32,000 nucleotides of DNA from the NCBI GenBank assembly GCA_000091165.1, contig FP565575.1:420001-452000 (forward strand), read 5' to 3'. This DNA comes from Candidatus Methylomirabilis oxygeniifera (GTDB lineage Bacteria > Methylomirabilota > Methylomirabilia > Methylomirabilales > Methylomirabilaceae). Position numbers and translations under genes: made by a program. Every line of letters begins with the position of its first letter. Position 1 is the first letter of the stretch. The notes below the pieces were generated by a model. The model saw nothing but the letters and a program-made list of their open reading frames with translations. It did not search any database and was not told the origin of the DNA. Positions 17,116-26,226 of the stretch are shown piece by piece.

Positions 17116-18375
17116 ATGAGACGTTATTCTCCGTTAGTGACTGCGTTGATCCTTAGTGCGCTGACCATGGGGTGCGAGGGGGATCTGCCCTTGCGCATGG
17201 TTCAGCGGGATGTAGACGTCATGAGGAGTGAGGTCGCAGCCGTCGCCAGGACCGGCGAGGGGACCAGGACGGCTGTCGAAGAGCGGATCAGGAGGACTGA
17301 GGAACGCCTGGAAAAGAGTGACCGTACCCTGGTTACTCTGGAAGAGAAGTTGAGGAAGTTGGAGTCGGATATTAAGAGCCAATCCGCAAAGACAGCCCAG
17401 GAGCGACAGGAAAGGCAGGCGTTCCTTCAGTCTCAGGCTGCGCTCAGCGTGAAGCTGGACGAGTTGACCACGGGGGTACGGCTGGCTCAGGGACAAACCG
17501 AAGGGATGGGCCACGGCATTACGGAGGTGAATAGGCGCGTTGATGAGTTTGGGCGTCGGATCGATCAGATCGGGCAGCGACTGAACGGGTCCGACAAGCA
17601 GGTCAGCCAGGCCGCCGGCGCCGCGCAGGAGGCGGCAGCCGTGGCCAGGCAGGCGACGGCTGTCTCTCAGCAGACCGCGCAGCAAGTGACGGCGGCCCTT
17701 CAACAAATGGCCCATCAGACAAACGTGGCGATCGAGCAGGTCAACGCAACCGCGCAACTCGCCCTGGCCGAGGCCAGAAAAACGACCAAGGGAAAGCCGA
17801 CCACGGGCGCTGCTGGCTCGTCTCGTACTGAGATGCAGGCCCCGTTCCCGGTGGTGACCCCGATTACGGCGCCCCCTCCGGTTCCGTCCGCACCGACTGC
17901 TACGGCTCCAACTCAGTCGGTTGCGCCTCCTCCGCCCGCCGTCCGGACAGCCGAGTCGCCTCCACGCCCGATTCCGGCTGCGAAGCCGGCGATCAGGACG
18001 GAGAGCGCCGGCGAGCTATACAGAAATGCCCTGAACGACTATGCGAAAGGCGATTACGAGTTAGCGATCAGCGGTTTCCGAAGTCAGATTGAGCTCTATC
18101 CCAACTCCAGCCTCCTGCCGAACGCCCGGTACTGGCTCGGAGAGTCATATTACAGCCAGAAGCAGTACGACCAGGCGGTCACGGAGTTTGCGGTGCTCGT
18201 GAAGCAGCATCCGGAGCACCCAAAGGCGGCGAGCGCTCTGCTCAAGCAGGGGTTTGCGCACCTGGAGATGGGGGACAAGCCCAAAGGGCGAACGGTACTC
18301 GATCGCCTGCTGAAGCAGTTCCCAAAGTCGCAGGAGTCCAGATGGGCGAAGGAGCGGCTGAGTCAAATCAAGTAA
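17116..18375 (+). CDS. cpoB: CpoB/YbgF-like Tol-Pal protein. Long form with a possible lipobox, extended coiled coil, Pro-rich linker and C-terminal TPR domain.
   Basis: The start at 17116 follows GAAGGAAAGGG. LSALTMG-C. Heptad-rich Q/A/E region about 190 aa long. PPPVPSAPTATAPTQSVAPPPP linker. C-terminus YRNALNDYAKGDYELAISGF...YWLGESYY...AVTEF is typical of YbgF TPRs. Confidence 0.75.
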   Translation: MRRYSPLVTALILSALTMGCEGDLPLRMVQRDVDVMRSEVAAVARTGEGTRTAVEERIRRTEERLEKSDRTLVTLEEKLRKLESDIKSQSAKTAQERQERQAFLQSQAALSVKLDELTTGVRLAQGQTEGMGHGITEVNRRVDEFGRRIDQIGQRLNGSDKQVSQAAGAAQEAAAVARQATAVSQQTAQQVTAALQQMAHQTNVAIEQVNATAQLALAEARKTTKGKPTTGAAGSSRTEMQAPFPVVTPITAPPPVPSAPTATAPTQSVAPPPPAVRTAESPPRPIPAAKPAIRTESAGELYRNALNDYAKGDYELAISGFRSQIELYPNSSLLPNARYWLGESYYSQKQYDQAVTEFAVLVKQHPEHPKAASALLKQGFAHLEMGDKPKGRTVLDRLLKQFPKSQESRWAKERLSQIK

Positions 18376-18386
18376 GGCGAGGGAGA

Positions 18387-18878
18387 GTGTGTAGGGTTCG
18401 GCATGGCATTTCGTCAGAGCCGACCGTCTCCAAAGACGGAGCCTTACGAACGATCATTGCCCTCAAAGCCCTTGGCGGAGTTCTGTTCTTGCTGATCGGC
18501 CTTGGTGTCTTTGCCCTGGTCAATCGCGACGTTGCCGTTCTGGCGGAGGAACTGGCGGATTCGCTGGGTATCGATTCGGACAATCATTATCTTCTGCGGT
18601 CGCTCGAGTGGCTCATCGGCATTTCTCCGAAGCAGATCATTGCCGTAGGGTTTGTGACCCTCCTCTACTCAACTCTTCTACTGACCATGGCTTGGGGACT
18701 TCATCTGGGGCGGGTATGGGCCGACTGGCTGACGATCGGCGCGACGGGGCTCTTTATTCCTGTTGAACTGTACGAAGTGGTCCGGTCGCTCCGCCTCACC
18801 TATTCAGTCGTGCTCGCGATCAACATCTTTATCGTGTGGTATCTCATTCGCCGCCGCATCCGGTCATTATCGTTGTAA
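18387..18878 (+). CDS. DUF2127-like integral membrane protein
   Basis: GTG at 18387 follows AGGCGAGGGAGA. ALRTIIALKALGGVLFLLIGLGVFAL plus three more hydrophobic helices. The start is uncertain. Confidence 0.6.
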   Translation: MCRVRHGISSEPTVSKDGALRTIIALKALGGVLFLLIGLGVFALVNRDVAVLAEELADSLGIDSDNHYLLRSLEWLIGISPKQIIAVGFVTLLYSTLLLTMAWGLHLGRVWADWLTIGATGLFIPVELYEVVRSLRLTYSVVLAINIFIVWYLIRRRIRSLSL

Positions 18879-18972
18879 CGGACCACGGCACAGTGCGTGT
18901 CTCGCCCGCCTTGCCTATCATCGTTCTGTACGTTTCCCGCCACACCATCTATTCCCGACAGTGGGTGTAACT

Positions 18973-20052
18973 TTATTTGTCTATGCGTTCGACGACGAGG
19001 TCGCCCATTTGTGCCGTACCAACGAGCGTCGTGAGTCCCGGTTGCCGGATATCGGGTGTTCGATACCCGGCTTCGAGTACTCGGCTTACCGCGGCGTCAA
19101 CGGCGGCTGCCGCCGGCTCGTGGTGGAGCGTATGACGCAGGAGCATTGCGGCGGATAGGATAGTCGCGAGGGGATTCGCCTTGTCCTGGCCGGCGATGTC
19201 TGGGGCGGAGCCATGGATCGGTTCGTACAGACCGGGTCCGTCTCCCAGGCTGGCTGACGGCAGCATGCCGATAGAGCCGACGAGCATGGCGGCCTCGTCG
19301 CTCAGGATATCTCCGAAGGTATTTTCGGTCAGCACGACATCGAAGCGTCGAGGATCGCGGATGAGTTGCATTGAACAGTTATCCACCAGCATGTGGTCCA
19401 ACTCGACATCCGGGAACTCCCCGGCCGTTTCGGCGACCACGCGACGCCAGAGTTGGGAGCTGGCCAACACATTGACCTTATCGACGGACGTCAGTCGCTT
19501 CCGACGCTGCGCGGCGATCTGAAATCCGATCTTGGCGATCCGCTCGATCTCATGGGTGGTGTAGCTCAGCGTATCGATACCTTGCTCCCCTTTGCCGTCC
19601 GGGGCCGGACCTATCCCCTTCGGTTCGCCGAAGTAGAGGCCGCCGGTCAGTTCCCTGAGGACGAGCAGATCAACCCCCTCGATGATCTCGCGCTTCAGAG
19701 GCGAGGCATCAATGAGGGGGGCGAACAGTTTCACCGGTCTGAGGTTCGCGTACAGCCCCAACTCCTTGCGGAGTCGGAGCAGGCCCCGCTCCGGCCGGCA
19801 ATCGACCGGCAGGCTGTCCCACTTCGGGCCACCAACCGCGCCGAAGAGGATCGCATCGGCGGCGCGACACAGGCTCCAGGTCTCCGGTGGAAGCGGGGTT
19901 CCGCATCGGTCGATAGCCGCGCCTCCGACCACCCCCTCTTCGAACGTTAGGGAAATGTCGAAGAGCACGCCGATCTGCCGTAAGACCTTCACTGCCTCCC
20001 GGACGATCTCCGGTCCTACCCCGTCTCCGGGTAATACAGCAATTCGAGCCAT
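18973..20052 (-). CDS. leuB: 3-isopropylmalate dehydrogenase
   Basis: [47 protein letters not shown] and GSAPDIAG motifs. Shine-Dalgarno GGGAGGA upstream of the ATG at 20052. Confidence 0.9.
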   Translation of the reverse strand: MARIAVLPGDGVGPEIVREAVKVLRQIGVLFDISLTFEEGVVGGAAIDRCGTPLPPETWSLCRAADAILFGAVGGPKWDSLPVDCRPERGLLRLRKELGLYANLRPVKLFAPLIDASPLKREIIEGVDLLVLRELTGGLYFGEPKGIGPAPDGKGEQGIDTLSYTTHEIERIAKIGFQIAAQRRKRLTSVDKVNVLASSQLWRRVVAETAGEFPDVELDHMLVDNCSMQLIRDPRRFDVVLTENTFGDILSDEAAMLVGSIGMLPSASLGDGPGLYEPIHGSAPDIAGQDKANPLATILSAAMLLRHTLHHEPAAAAVDAAVSRVLEAGYRTPDIRQPGLTTLVGTAQMGDLVVERIDK

Positions 20053-20153
20053 GAATCCTCCCAGATAGACACCACCTACACCCGCGGTCCGTTCTGTAAG
20101 AGCTTTCATGACTAGCATGGCGAGAGTGAGAGGTCAAGGGCAAAGGACTACTG

Positions 20154-20846
20154 TTGGGCCGGCTGTGCTATACTAATCCCGTGAAAATCCTTTCTGCAGA
20201 GTTCGTCACAAGCGTCTCATCGCTTGCCCAACTCCCACGTGAGCCACGCGCGGAGATTGCAGTCGTCGGCCGCTCCAATGTCGGCAAGTCGTCGCTGATC
20301 AACTGCCTGTTGCGTCGCCGTGGACTTGCTCGTGTCAGTGGCGTACCGGGCCGTACACAGTTGCTGAACTTTTTCCTGATCAATCGGGATTTCTATCTGG
20401 TTGACCTGCCTGGGTACGGCTACGCAAAAGTCCCTGATTCGATTCGGCTGGCGTGGGGACCGCTGATCGAAGGGTATCTGGCCTCGGATCGAGACCTTAG
20501 AGTGGTCATTGTACTTATCGATGCGCGACAAGGGGTTACGGAGAAGGACTTGCAGATGAAAGGGTTGTTGGACAATTTCTCCATCAACTGGATACCGGTT
20601 CTGACCAAGATCGATAAGCTCCGACGGACAGCCCGCCAGGCGCATATTCGCGATGCCGTAGACGCTTTAGGCTTACGCGATCCCCGGGCGATTATCCCAT
20701 TTTCCGCGAAGTCCGAGGAAGGCCGGGAGTCGTTATTGGCCGTCATCGGTGACTACGCGCAAACACGACCTCTTTCGATGGGTTCGGCGTTGACTCCGAC
20801 CTCCGGACCTGCTAGGCTCGGAAAAGCCGTAACGGATCGGTCATAG
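20154..20846 (+). CDS. engB: Ribosome-biogenesis GTPase EngB (YsxC/YihA)
   Basis: AEFVTSV...PEIAVVGRSNVGKSSLIN (G1), DLPGYG (G3) and TKIDK (G4). Start is either TTG 20154 (AAGGA 6 nt upstream) or GTG 20181. Confidence 0.85.
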   Translation: MGRLCYTNPVKILSAEFVTSVSSLAQLPREPRAEIAVVGRSNVGKSSLINCLLRRRGLARVSGVPGRTQLLNFFLINRDFYLVDLPGYGYAKVPDSIRLAWGPLIEGYLASDRDLRVVIVLIDARQGVTEKDLQMKGLLDNFSINWIPVLTKIDKLRRTARQAHIRDAVDALGLRDPRAIIPFSAKSEEGRESLLAVIGDYAQTRPLSMGSALTPTSGPARLGKAVTDRS

Positions 20847-20891
20847 TAGCCGGACCGTGCGGGAGCGCATGAAGAACTGAATGAGCGTGAA

Positions 20892-22667
20892 ATGAGTAGA
20901 GCGGGACGAGTGCGATACTATCTGTATGGATTGTTGGGGTTGGCCATATTCGCTCAGGGGTGCGTGGCCGCGCAGAGGGTTGGGCATGAGCCTGCAATAC
21001 GGCGTGGTGTACCCGTCGGTACCGGCGTGTCTGCGATCGAAGCGGTCGAAAAGGCAACAGACAAGGCTGAGGCCTACTACCGATTTATGAGAAGCCTGCT
21101 GGCAGAGCAAGCCGGAGATCATCACGCCGCGATCACGTGGCAAAAGGCGGCACTACAGGTTGACCATCGATCTGTCGTCATGCACAATCACCTGGCCTCT
21201 CTGCATATGAAGCGGGGCGACGTTCGAGGCGCGATAAATGCGGGAGAGGATGCGCTTGCCCTGGATTCGAAGAACCTTCATGCTCACCTGCTGTTGGCTG
21301 CCGTCTATCAGAGCCTGCATAACCTGTCGGTGGCCGAACGATATTTCCGCAATGCGCTCGACCTGGACCCCGTCCGGACCGAGACGTACGTGCAGCTTGC
21401 AGCCCTTTATAGGGAGGCCAGAAAAGCGCAGGAGGCAATCGCAGTGTACCGGCAAGCGCTGGACGTCGATCCCGGCTCGCTGGTGATCCGTTACAATCTG
21501 GGGCGGCTTTACCTGGAGGAGGGGCAGTCGGAGCAGGCAAGCCATATCTTTCGAGAGATCCTGGAGCGCGACTCAGCGTTTGATCCCGCGTTGACGGCGC
21601 TTGGGATGAGCCTCGAGGCGCAGGGAAAATTGGATGAGGCCAGGACGATGTATCAGCGCGCGCTCGTTGATGATCCCAGGAACGGCGAGATTCGGGAGCG
21701 CCTGGCCCAGTTGCTCTTGAGGCAGAAAGAGCTGGACGCCGCCCTTATCGAGTATCGACGGCTGCTTGATCAAGAGCCGAACAACAGCTCGTTCAAACTG
21801 CGAATTGGATTCATTTACTATGAAAAGCGGATGTATGGAGAGGCTATTCAAGCCTTTCGGGATATCCTCCGAGAGGAATCGGGCAACCATGAGGTCCGGT
21901 ACTATCTGGGCCTGACCCTTGAGGATGAGAGGCGCCACGATGAGGCCCTCGACGAGCTGGCACAGATTCCCAAGGACAGTCCGCGCTATCCGGACGCGCT
22001 CTTCCATCGCGGGTACATCCTCAGCCAGAAGGAACGGTATGTCGAGGCCGGCGATCTGCTTTCCATCGCGGGATCCCTGAGGCCGAACGAGGGCGTCATT
22101 CCGTATCTGTTGGGTCTGATCTATTTCCAGCAAAAGAGCTATCCGCAGGCTATTGCGCAACTTGAGCGTGCGCTTGGCCTGGAACCGAGCAATGCCGCCT
22201 ATCTCTATCAGCTTGGCTCAGCCTTCGAGCGGAGTCGCCAGATCGACAAGGCCGAAACGATCTTTCGCCGGCTTCTAACGGTCGATCCGAAGCATGCTGA
22301 TGCGTATAACTACCTAGGCTACATGTTTGCCGATGAGGGGATCAAGCTCGATGAGTCGGTGGCCCTGGTCAAGAAGGCGCTGGAGCTTCAGCCTGATAAT
22401 GGAGCGTTTGTAGACAGCCTAGGCTGGGCCTACTACAAGAAAGGGATGGTGGATGAGGCTCTGGTGGAGCTGAAGCGCGCCGCAGAACTTTCTACGAAGG
22501 AAGATCCCACAATCTTTGAACACCTCGGCGATGTGTACTTCAGAAAGCGAATGGTCCACGAGGCGATCAGGGAGTGGGAACGATCCCTTGCCATTGATAG
22601 CGCCAACGAGGCGGTACAGCACAAACTCAGAAAGGCCCGAGACGTCCTCTCTCGGGAGGGTGAATGA
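20892..22667 (+). CDS. Tetratricopeptide-repeat protein, probable lipoprotein
   Basis: Signal peptide with AIFAQG-C. About 14 consecutive 34-residue TPR-like units (recurrent A..Y..AL..DP.N). Confidence 0.8.
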   Translation: MSRAGRVRYYLYGLLGLAIFAQGCVAAQRVGHEPAIRRGVPVGTGVSAIEAVEKATDKAEAYYRFMRSLLAEQAGDHHAAITWQKAALQVDHRSVVMHNHLASLHMKRGDVRGAINAGEDALALDSKNLHAHLLLAAVYQSLHNLSVAERYFRNALDLDPVRTETYVQLAALYREARKAQEAIAVYRQALDVDPGSLVIRYNLGRLYLEEGQSEQASHIFREILERDSAFDPALTALGMSLEAQGKLDEARTMYQRALVDDPRNGEIRERLAQLLLRQKELDAALIEYRRLLDQEPNNSSFKLRIGFIYYEKRMYGEAIQAFRDILREESGNHEVRYYLGLTLEDERRHDEALDELAQIPKDSPRYPDALFHRGYILSQKERYVEAGDLLSIAGSLRPNEGVIPYLLGLIYFQQKSYPQAIAQLERALGLEPSNAAYLYQLGSAFERSRQIDKAETIFRRLLTVDPKHADAYNYLGYMFADEGIKLDESVALVKKALELQPDNGAFVDSLGWAYYKKGMVDEALVELKRAAELSTKEDPTIFEHLGDVYFRKRMVHEAIREWERSLAIDSANEAVQHKLRKARDVLSREGE

Positions 22668-23485
22668 CCGGTCGCCCGTCGCTGCGACGCTTGGCGCTGA
22701 TAACAGGGATCGCACTGAGCGGGTGCGCCTATGGTCCGGATCTTGTCCGGGAGGACAAGGACCTCCTGCGCCCTTCGCGCCAGGTCGGACAGGAGATTAT
22801 CCGATCCTTACAGGAGCGTGAGTCCACAGTGACAGGCTTACAAGCCGTACTCGATCTGACGGTGCGGCGCGCGCGAGCGCCGGAGTATCGTCAGGAGGCG
22901 GTCGCTATCGAGCGACCAGATTTGATTCGATTGGAGAGTATCGGCTGGGGTGGATTCACGTCATTGGTCATTGTAAGCGACGGACGTCGGCTTGTCGCGC
23001 ATGCGCTGCTGCAGAATCTCTTCGTCGAGGGGAGTGCGACGGCCGAGAACGTCGCCAGGGTTACGGGATTCCGCGTGGCGCCGACCCATCTGGTGCGGTT
23101 ACTGCTTGGCTTGCCACCCCTTGCGATTCAACTCGACAAGGCGGAACTGTATGGTCCTCACGATGGCGCGTATCTTCTGCGAGCGGAGGAATCACCGTTC
23201 ACGCAGCGTCTCTGGTTATCCGACGACGACCTGAGCCTGCTGCGGGGGGAGTTGTACGATCGGACATCGCTCCGCTTGAGGTTTCGGTACGTTCCTGCGG
23301 CCCATGGGTTGCGTACGCTCGTTCTGGAAGAGCCCGTGGAGCGGACGGCGGTAGAGGTGTCGTACCGATCCTACACGCTGAATCCCGAGTTGCCTCGTGA
23401 GCTCTTTCACATCCCGCAGCCGTCCCAGGGAGCGCAGGTGATGAATCTCGACGCAGGTGCGGCCCCAGTATTCGGGTTGCCTTGA
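22664..23485 (+). CDS. LolB/DUF4292-like outer-membrane lipoprotein
   Basis: ATGA overlap with the TPR gene. Canonical lipobox IALSG-C. Size and position immediately upstream of ispE-prs match the lolB-ispE-prs arrangement of E. coli. Sequence-level similarity was not verifiable by eye. Confidence 0.5.
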   Translation: MTGRPSLRRLALITGIALSGCAYGPDLVREDKDLLRPSRQVGQEIIRSLQERESTVTGLQAVLDLTVRRARAPEYRQEAVAIERPDLIRLESIGWGGFTSLVIVSDGRRLVAHALLQNLFVEGSATAENVARVTGFRVAPTHLVRLLLGLPPLAIQLDKAELYGPHDGAYLLRAEESPFTQRLWLSDDDLSLLRGELYDRTSLRLRFRYVPAAHGLRTLVLEEPVERTAVEVSYRSYTLNPELPRELFHIPQPSQGAQVMNLDAGAAPVFGLP

Positions 23486-23488
23486 GAT

Positions 23489-24356
23489 ATGAAGCAGGTC
23501 ACGCTGACTTCTCCCTCCAAGGTGAACCTCTTTCTGGAGGTTCTTGGACGCCGCGACGATGGATACCATGAAATCTGCTCCATTGCGGCGCTGACCGAAC
23601 TGTGCGATACCATCGCCTTGGAACGGCGTACGAGCGGAATCACCATCTGGTCACAAGATCCCAAGGTTCCGACCGGGTCCGATAATTTGTGCTACCGGGC
23701 GGCCGATCTGTTGCTGCGACACAGCGGCGTACACGGCGGCGTGAGCATCCGGATCGAGAAACATATCCCTATTGCCGGAGGGATGGGAGGAGGATCGAGC
23801 AATGCGGCGACGACCTTATGGGGGCTGAATCTGTTGTACGATCTCGGGTGGCCTCGCGAGGAGCTGATAGACCTCGGGGCTGAGTTGGGTTCGGATGTCC
23901 CCTTTTTTTTGTCGGGGGGCTGCCTTTATAAGGGGTCGCGGAGAGCGGGTGGAAGAGCTGGCGGCGCTGACACCGCGGTGGCTCGTGATCGCCAATCCCG
24001 GGATAGAGATCGCTACGGCTTCGGTCTATCGTCGCTTGAGATTGCCGTTGACATCCGAGAAGGCCGGGTTTACAATGCGGGGTTTGGTTGAGTCCGGCCA
24101 GGAAGAGGCGGCGCTGTCGCACTGTTTCAACCGGTTGGAGGACGTCGTGCTTGAGGCCTATCCGTCGGTCGCCAACCTCAAGCAGCGGCTGTTGCTGTTG
24201 GGTGCGAGCCCGGTCTTGGTCAGCGGGAGTGGGCCGACTGTATTTGGGATCATGCGAGAGGCTGAGACGGCCAAGCGGGTTGCGTCAAGTTTGGTCGAGA
24301 ACGGAATTGCGGCGGTTGCCTGCCGCACACTGGACAGAAACCCCCTCTTCCTGTGA
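23489..24356 (+). pseudogene. ispE: 4-diphosphocytidyl-2-C-methyl-D-erythritol kinase (ispE). As sequenced, it is split into two overlapping frames by an indel near 23903-23920.
   Basis: Frame A (23489..24091) gives KVNLFLEV, PIAGGMGGGSSNAA (GHMP kinase motif) and GSDVPFF, then nonsense. Frame B (+1, 23895..24356) gives AAFIRGRGERVEEL...SGSGPTVFG to a normal C-terminus. The junction lies in CCCC-TTTTTTTT-GTC-GGGGGG. Confidence 0.8.
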
Positions 24357-24389
24357 GCCGATAGCTGATCGCTGAGAGCTGACAGCTAT

Positions 24390-24463
24390 TGGGGGGTCGG
24401 ATAAGGGTAATCCGGCAGACTTTGGATCTGCACATCGAGGTTCGAGTCCTCGCCCCCCAGCCA
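24390..24463 (+). tRNA. tRNA-Gln, anticodon UUG, with encoded CCA
   Basis: Cloverleaf folded by hand. Acceptor TGGGGGG/CCCCCCA. D stem GGAT/ATCC. Anticodon stem GCAGA/TCTGC with loop CTTTGGA. T arm CGAGG-TTCGAGT-CCTCG. Discriminator G plus CCA. Confidence 0.9.
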
Positions 24464-24533
24464 GTAAGCGGCGGCAGGCCGCCGTCGAGCGCAGAGGGGC
24501 AGGAGAAACGATGCGGTATTCGGAGAGTGTCTG

Positions 24534-25472
24534 ATGGCTGATCGGTTGGTCCTTTTTTCCGGGAATGCTAATCGGGCCTTGTCGCAAGAGATTGCGGACT
24601 ATCTTGACGTCCCCCTTGGTGACGCTGAGGTCACGCGCTTCGCCGACGACGAGATCCTGGTCCAGGTGTTCGAGAATGTCAGGGGCGCCGACGTCTTTGT
24701 CATCCAGCCCACCTGCCGGCCTGTCAACGAGAACCTCATGGAGCTGTTGGTGATTATTGATGCCTTAAAGCGGGCGTCGGCCAGGCGGATTACAGCCGTC
24801 ATGCCGTACTACGGCTACGGGCGGCAGGATCGAAAGGTCCAGCCTCGCGTGCCTATTACCGCGAAACTGGTGGCTGACCTGCTCACGGCGGCTGGGGTGC
24901 ATCGGGTCTTGACGATGGATCTTCACGCCGGACAGATTCAGGGTTTCTTTACGACCCCGGTCGATCACCTGTATGCCGCTCCGGTTCTCCTGCGGTTTTT
25001 CGAGGAGCGCCGGCTGGGGGATGCGGTGGTCGTCTCCCCGGATGCGGGCGGCGTGGAACGAGCCCGCGCATTTGCCAAGCGCCTGGGCAGTCCGCTGGCA
25101 TTCATCGATAAGCGTCGGACAGGTCCCAATGAGGCGAAGGTGATGCATATTGTCGGAGACGTCGAGGGGCGGGACGTGATCATTGTGGACGATATGATTG
25201 ATACGGCGGGAACCCTTACGCAGGCGGTTCCGGCCCTCCTTGAAAAGGGAGCTAAGCGAATCTTTGCAAGTTGTACACATCCGGTTCTCTCGGGTCCGGC
25301 GATGGAGCGGATCAATGGATCAGCCCTCGAAGAGGTGATCGTCACGAATACGATCCCCCTTCCCGATGGTAACCAGTCAAAAAAGCTGACCGTCCTCTCG
25401 GTGGCTCCGCTACTGGGGGAGGCTATCAGCCGCATTCATAAAGAGGAATCCGTCAGTTGCCTTTTTGTCTGA
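24534..25472 (+). CDS. prs: Ribose-phosphate pyrophosphokinase (PRPP synthetase)
   Basis: [34 protein letters not shown] and [12 protein letters not shown] (PRPP-binding loop). Confidence 0.95.
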   Translation: MADRLVLFSGNANRALSQEIADYLDVPLGDAEVTRFADDEILVQVFENVRGADVFVIQPTCRPVNENLMELLVIIDALKRASARRITAVMPYYGYGRQDRKVQPRVPITAKLVADLLTAAGVHRVLTMDLHAGQIQGFFTTPVDHLYAAPVLLRFFEERRLGDAVVVSPDAGGVERARAFAKRLGSPLAFIDKRRTGPNEAKVMHIVGDVEGRDVIIVDDMIDTAGTLTQAVPALLEKGAKRIFASCTHPVLSGPAMERINGSALEEVIVTNTIPLPDGNQSKKLTVLSVAPLLGEAISRIHKEESVSCLFV

Positions 25473-25545
25473 CGGTGGGGAGGATAGATCGGGCGCAGAG
25501 ATACGAGGAGGAAACTCGCCTGCGCCGCGCGAGAAGGAGAGTGCA

Positions 25546-26208
25546 ATGGAAGAATTGAGACTGAAAGGGCAAGTTCGGACGCAGGTCGGCAAGGGGGCCG
25601 CAAAAAAGCTTCGGCGGCAGCGGCTGATTCCGGCTGTCGTGTATGGAGGCACATCAGGGCCCACCGCAGTAACGATCAATCCCTTTGAAATGATGAAGCT
25701 CCTTGGGTCCGGAGCGGGTGAGAACGTCCTGATCTCTCTCGCCATGGATGGAGAGAATGAGCAATCGAGGACGGTCATCCTGAAAGCGTTACAGCGAGAC
25801 CCTGTGCGAGGGGGGCCGTTGCACGCCGATTTCCTCGAGGTGTCCATGCAGCGGAAGATCAAGGTTCAGATTCCGGTCAGATTAGTGGGGGAGGCCATCG
25901 GCGTCAAGCTCAAGGGCGGCCTTTTGGAACAGCATCTGCGCGAGGTCAGCGTCGAGTGCCTGCCCGGTGCAATTCCCAGCCACATCCAGGTGGATATCAG
26001 TCACCTTGATTTGGGTCACGGTATTCACGTCCGTGAGCTTACCGCAGGGGGGGATATTAAGGTGCTTGAGGACCCCGCCAGGCCTGTGGTGACGGTGCTG
26101 GTTCAGCGGGTAGCGGCGGAGGGGGCTGCGGCTGTAGCCGAGGAGAAACCGACTGAGCCGGAAGTGGTTGGTAAGAAGGAGGCGAAAGAGGTCAAGGAAG
26201 GTAAATAG
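25546..26208 (+). CDS. rplY: 50S ribosomal protein L25, long Ctc form
   Basis: Shine-Dalgarno AAGGAG 6 nt upstream. GKGAAKKLRRQRLIPAVVYG and the two-domain Ctc architecture with an acidic/Lys-rich tail. The ORF track's longer N-terminus overlaps the prs end and lacks a Shine-Dalgarno. Confidence 0.9.
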   Translation: MEELRLKGQVRTQVGKGAAKKLRRQRLIPAVVYGGTSGPTAVTINPFEMMKLLGSGAGENVLISLAMDGENEQSRTVILKALQRDPVRGGPLHADFLEVSMQRKIKVQIPVRLVGEAIGVKLKGGLLEQHLREVSVECLPGAIPSHIQVDISHLDLGHGIHVRELTAGGDIKVLEDPARPVVTVLVQRVAAEGAAAVAEEKPTEPEVVGKKEAKEVKEGK

Positions 26209-26226
26209 GAAGGCGGATGGACCGTC

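Noticed and set aside
20166-20183. TGC-TATACT extended -10-like element ending 6 nt before GTG 20181, suggesting a leaderless engB mRNA.
   Set aside because: No matching -35 element is present. Leaderless translation from GUG is inefficient. An alternative TTG start at 20154 with a well-spaced AAGGA Shine-Dalgarno explains the gene equally well. The question cannot be resolved from sequence alone.
23894-23925. Programmed ribosomal frameshifting as the explanation for the split ispE.
   Set aside because: A +1 shift would be required. I know of no recoding precedent for ispE, and no stop-codon or rare-codon pause context is evident. A homopolymer indel (artefact or slippage) is more parsimonious.
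25450-25475. 7-bp inverted repeat CCGTCAG/CTGACGG straddling the prs stop codon, considered as a terminator.
   Set aside because: The T-run is in the loop, not after the stem. The stem is short and partly coding, so it is unlikely to be an intrinsic terminator.
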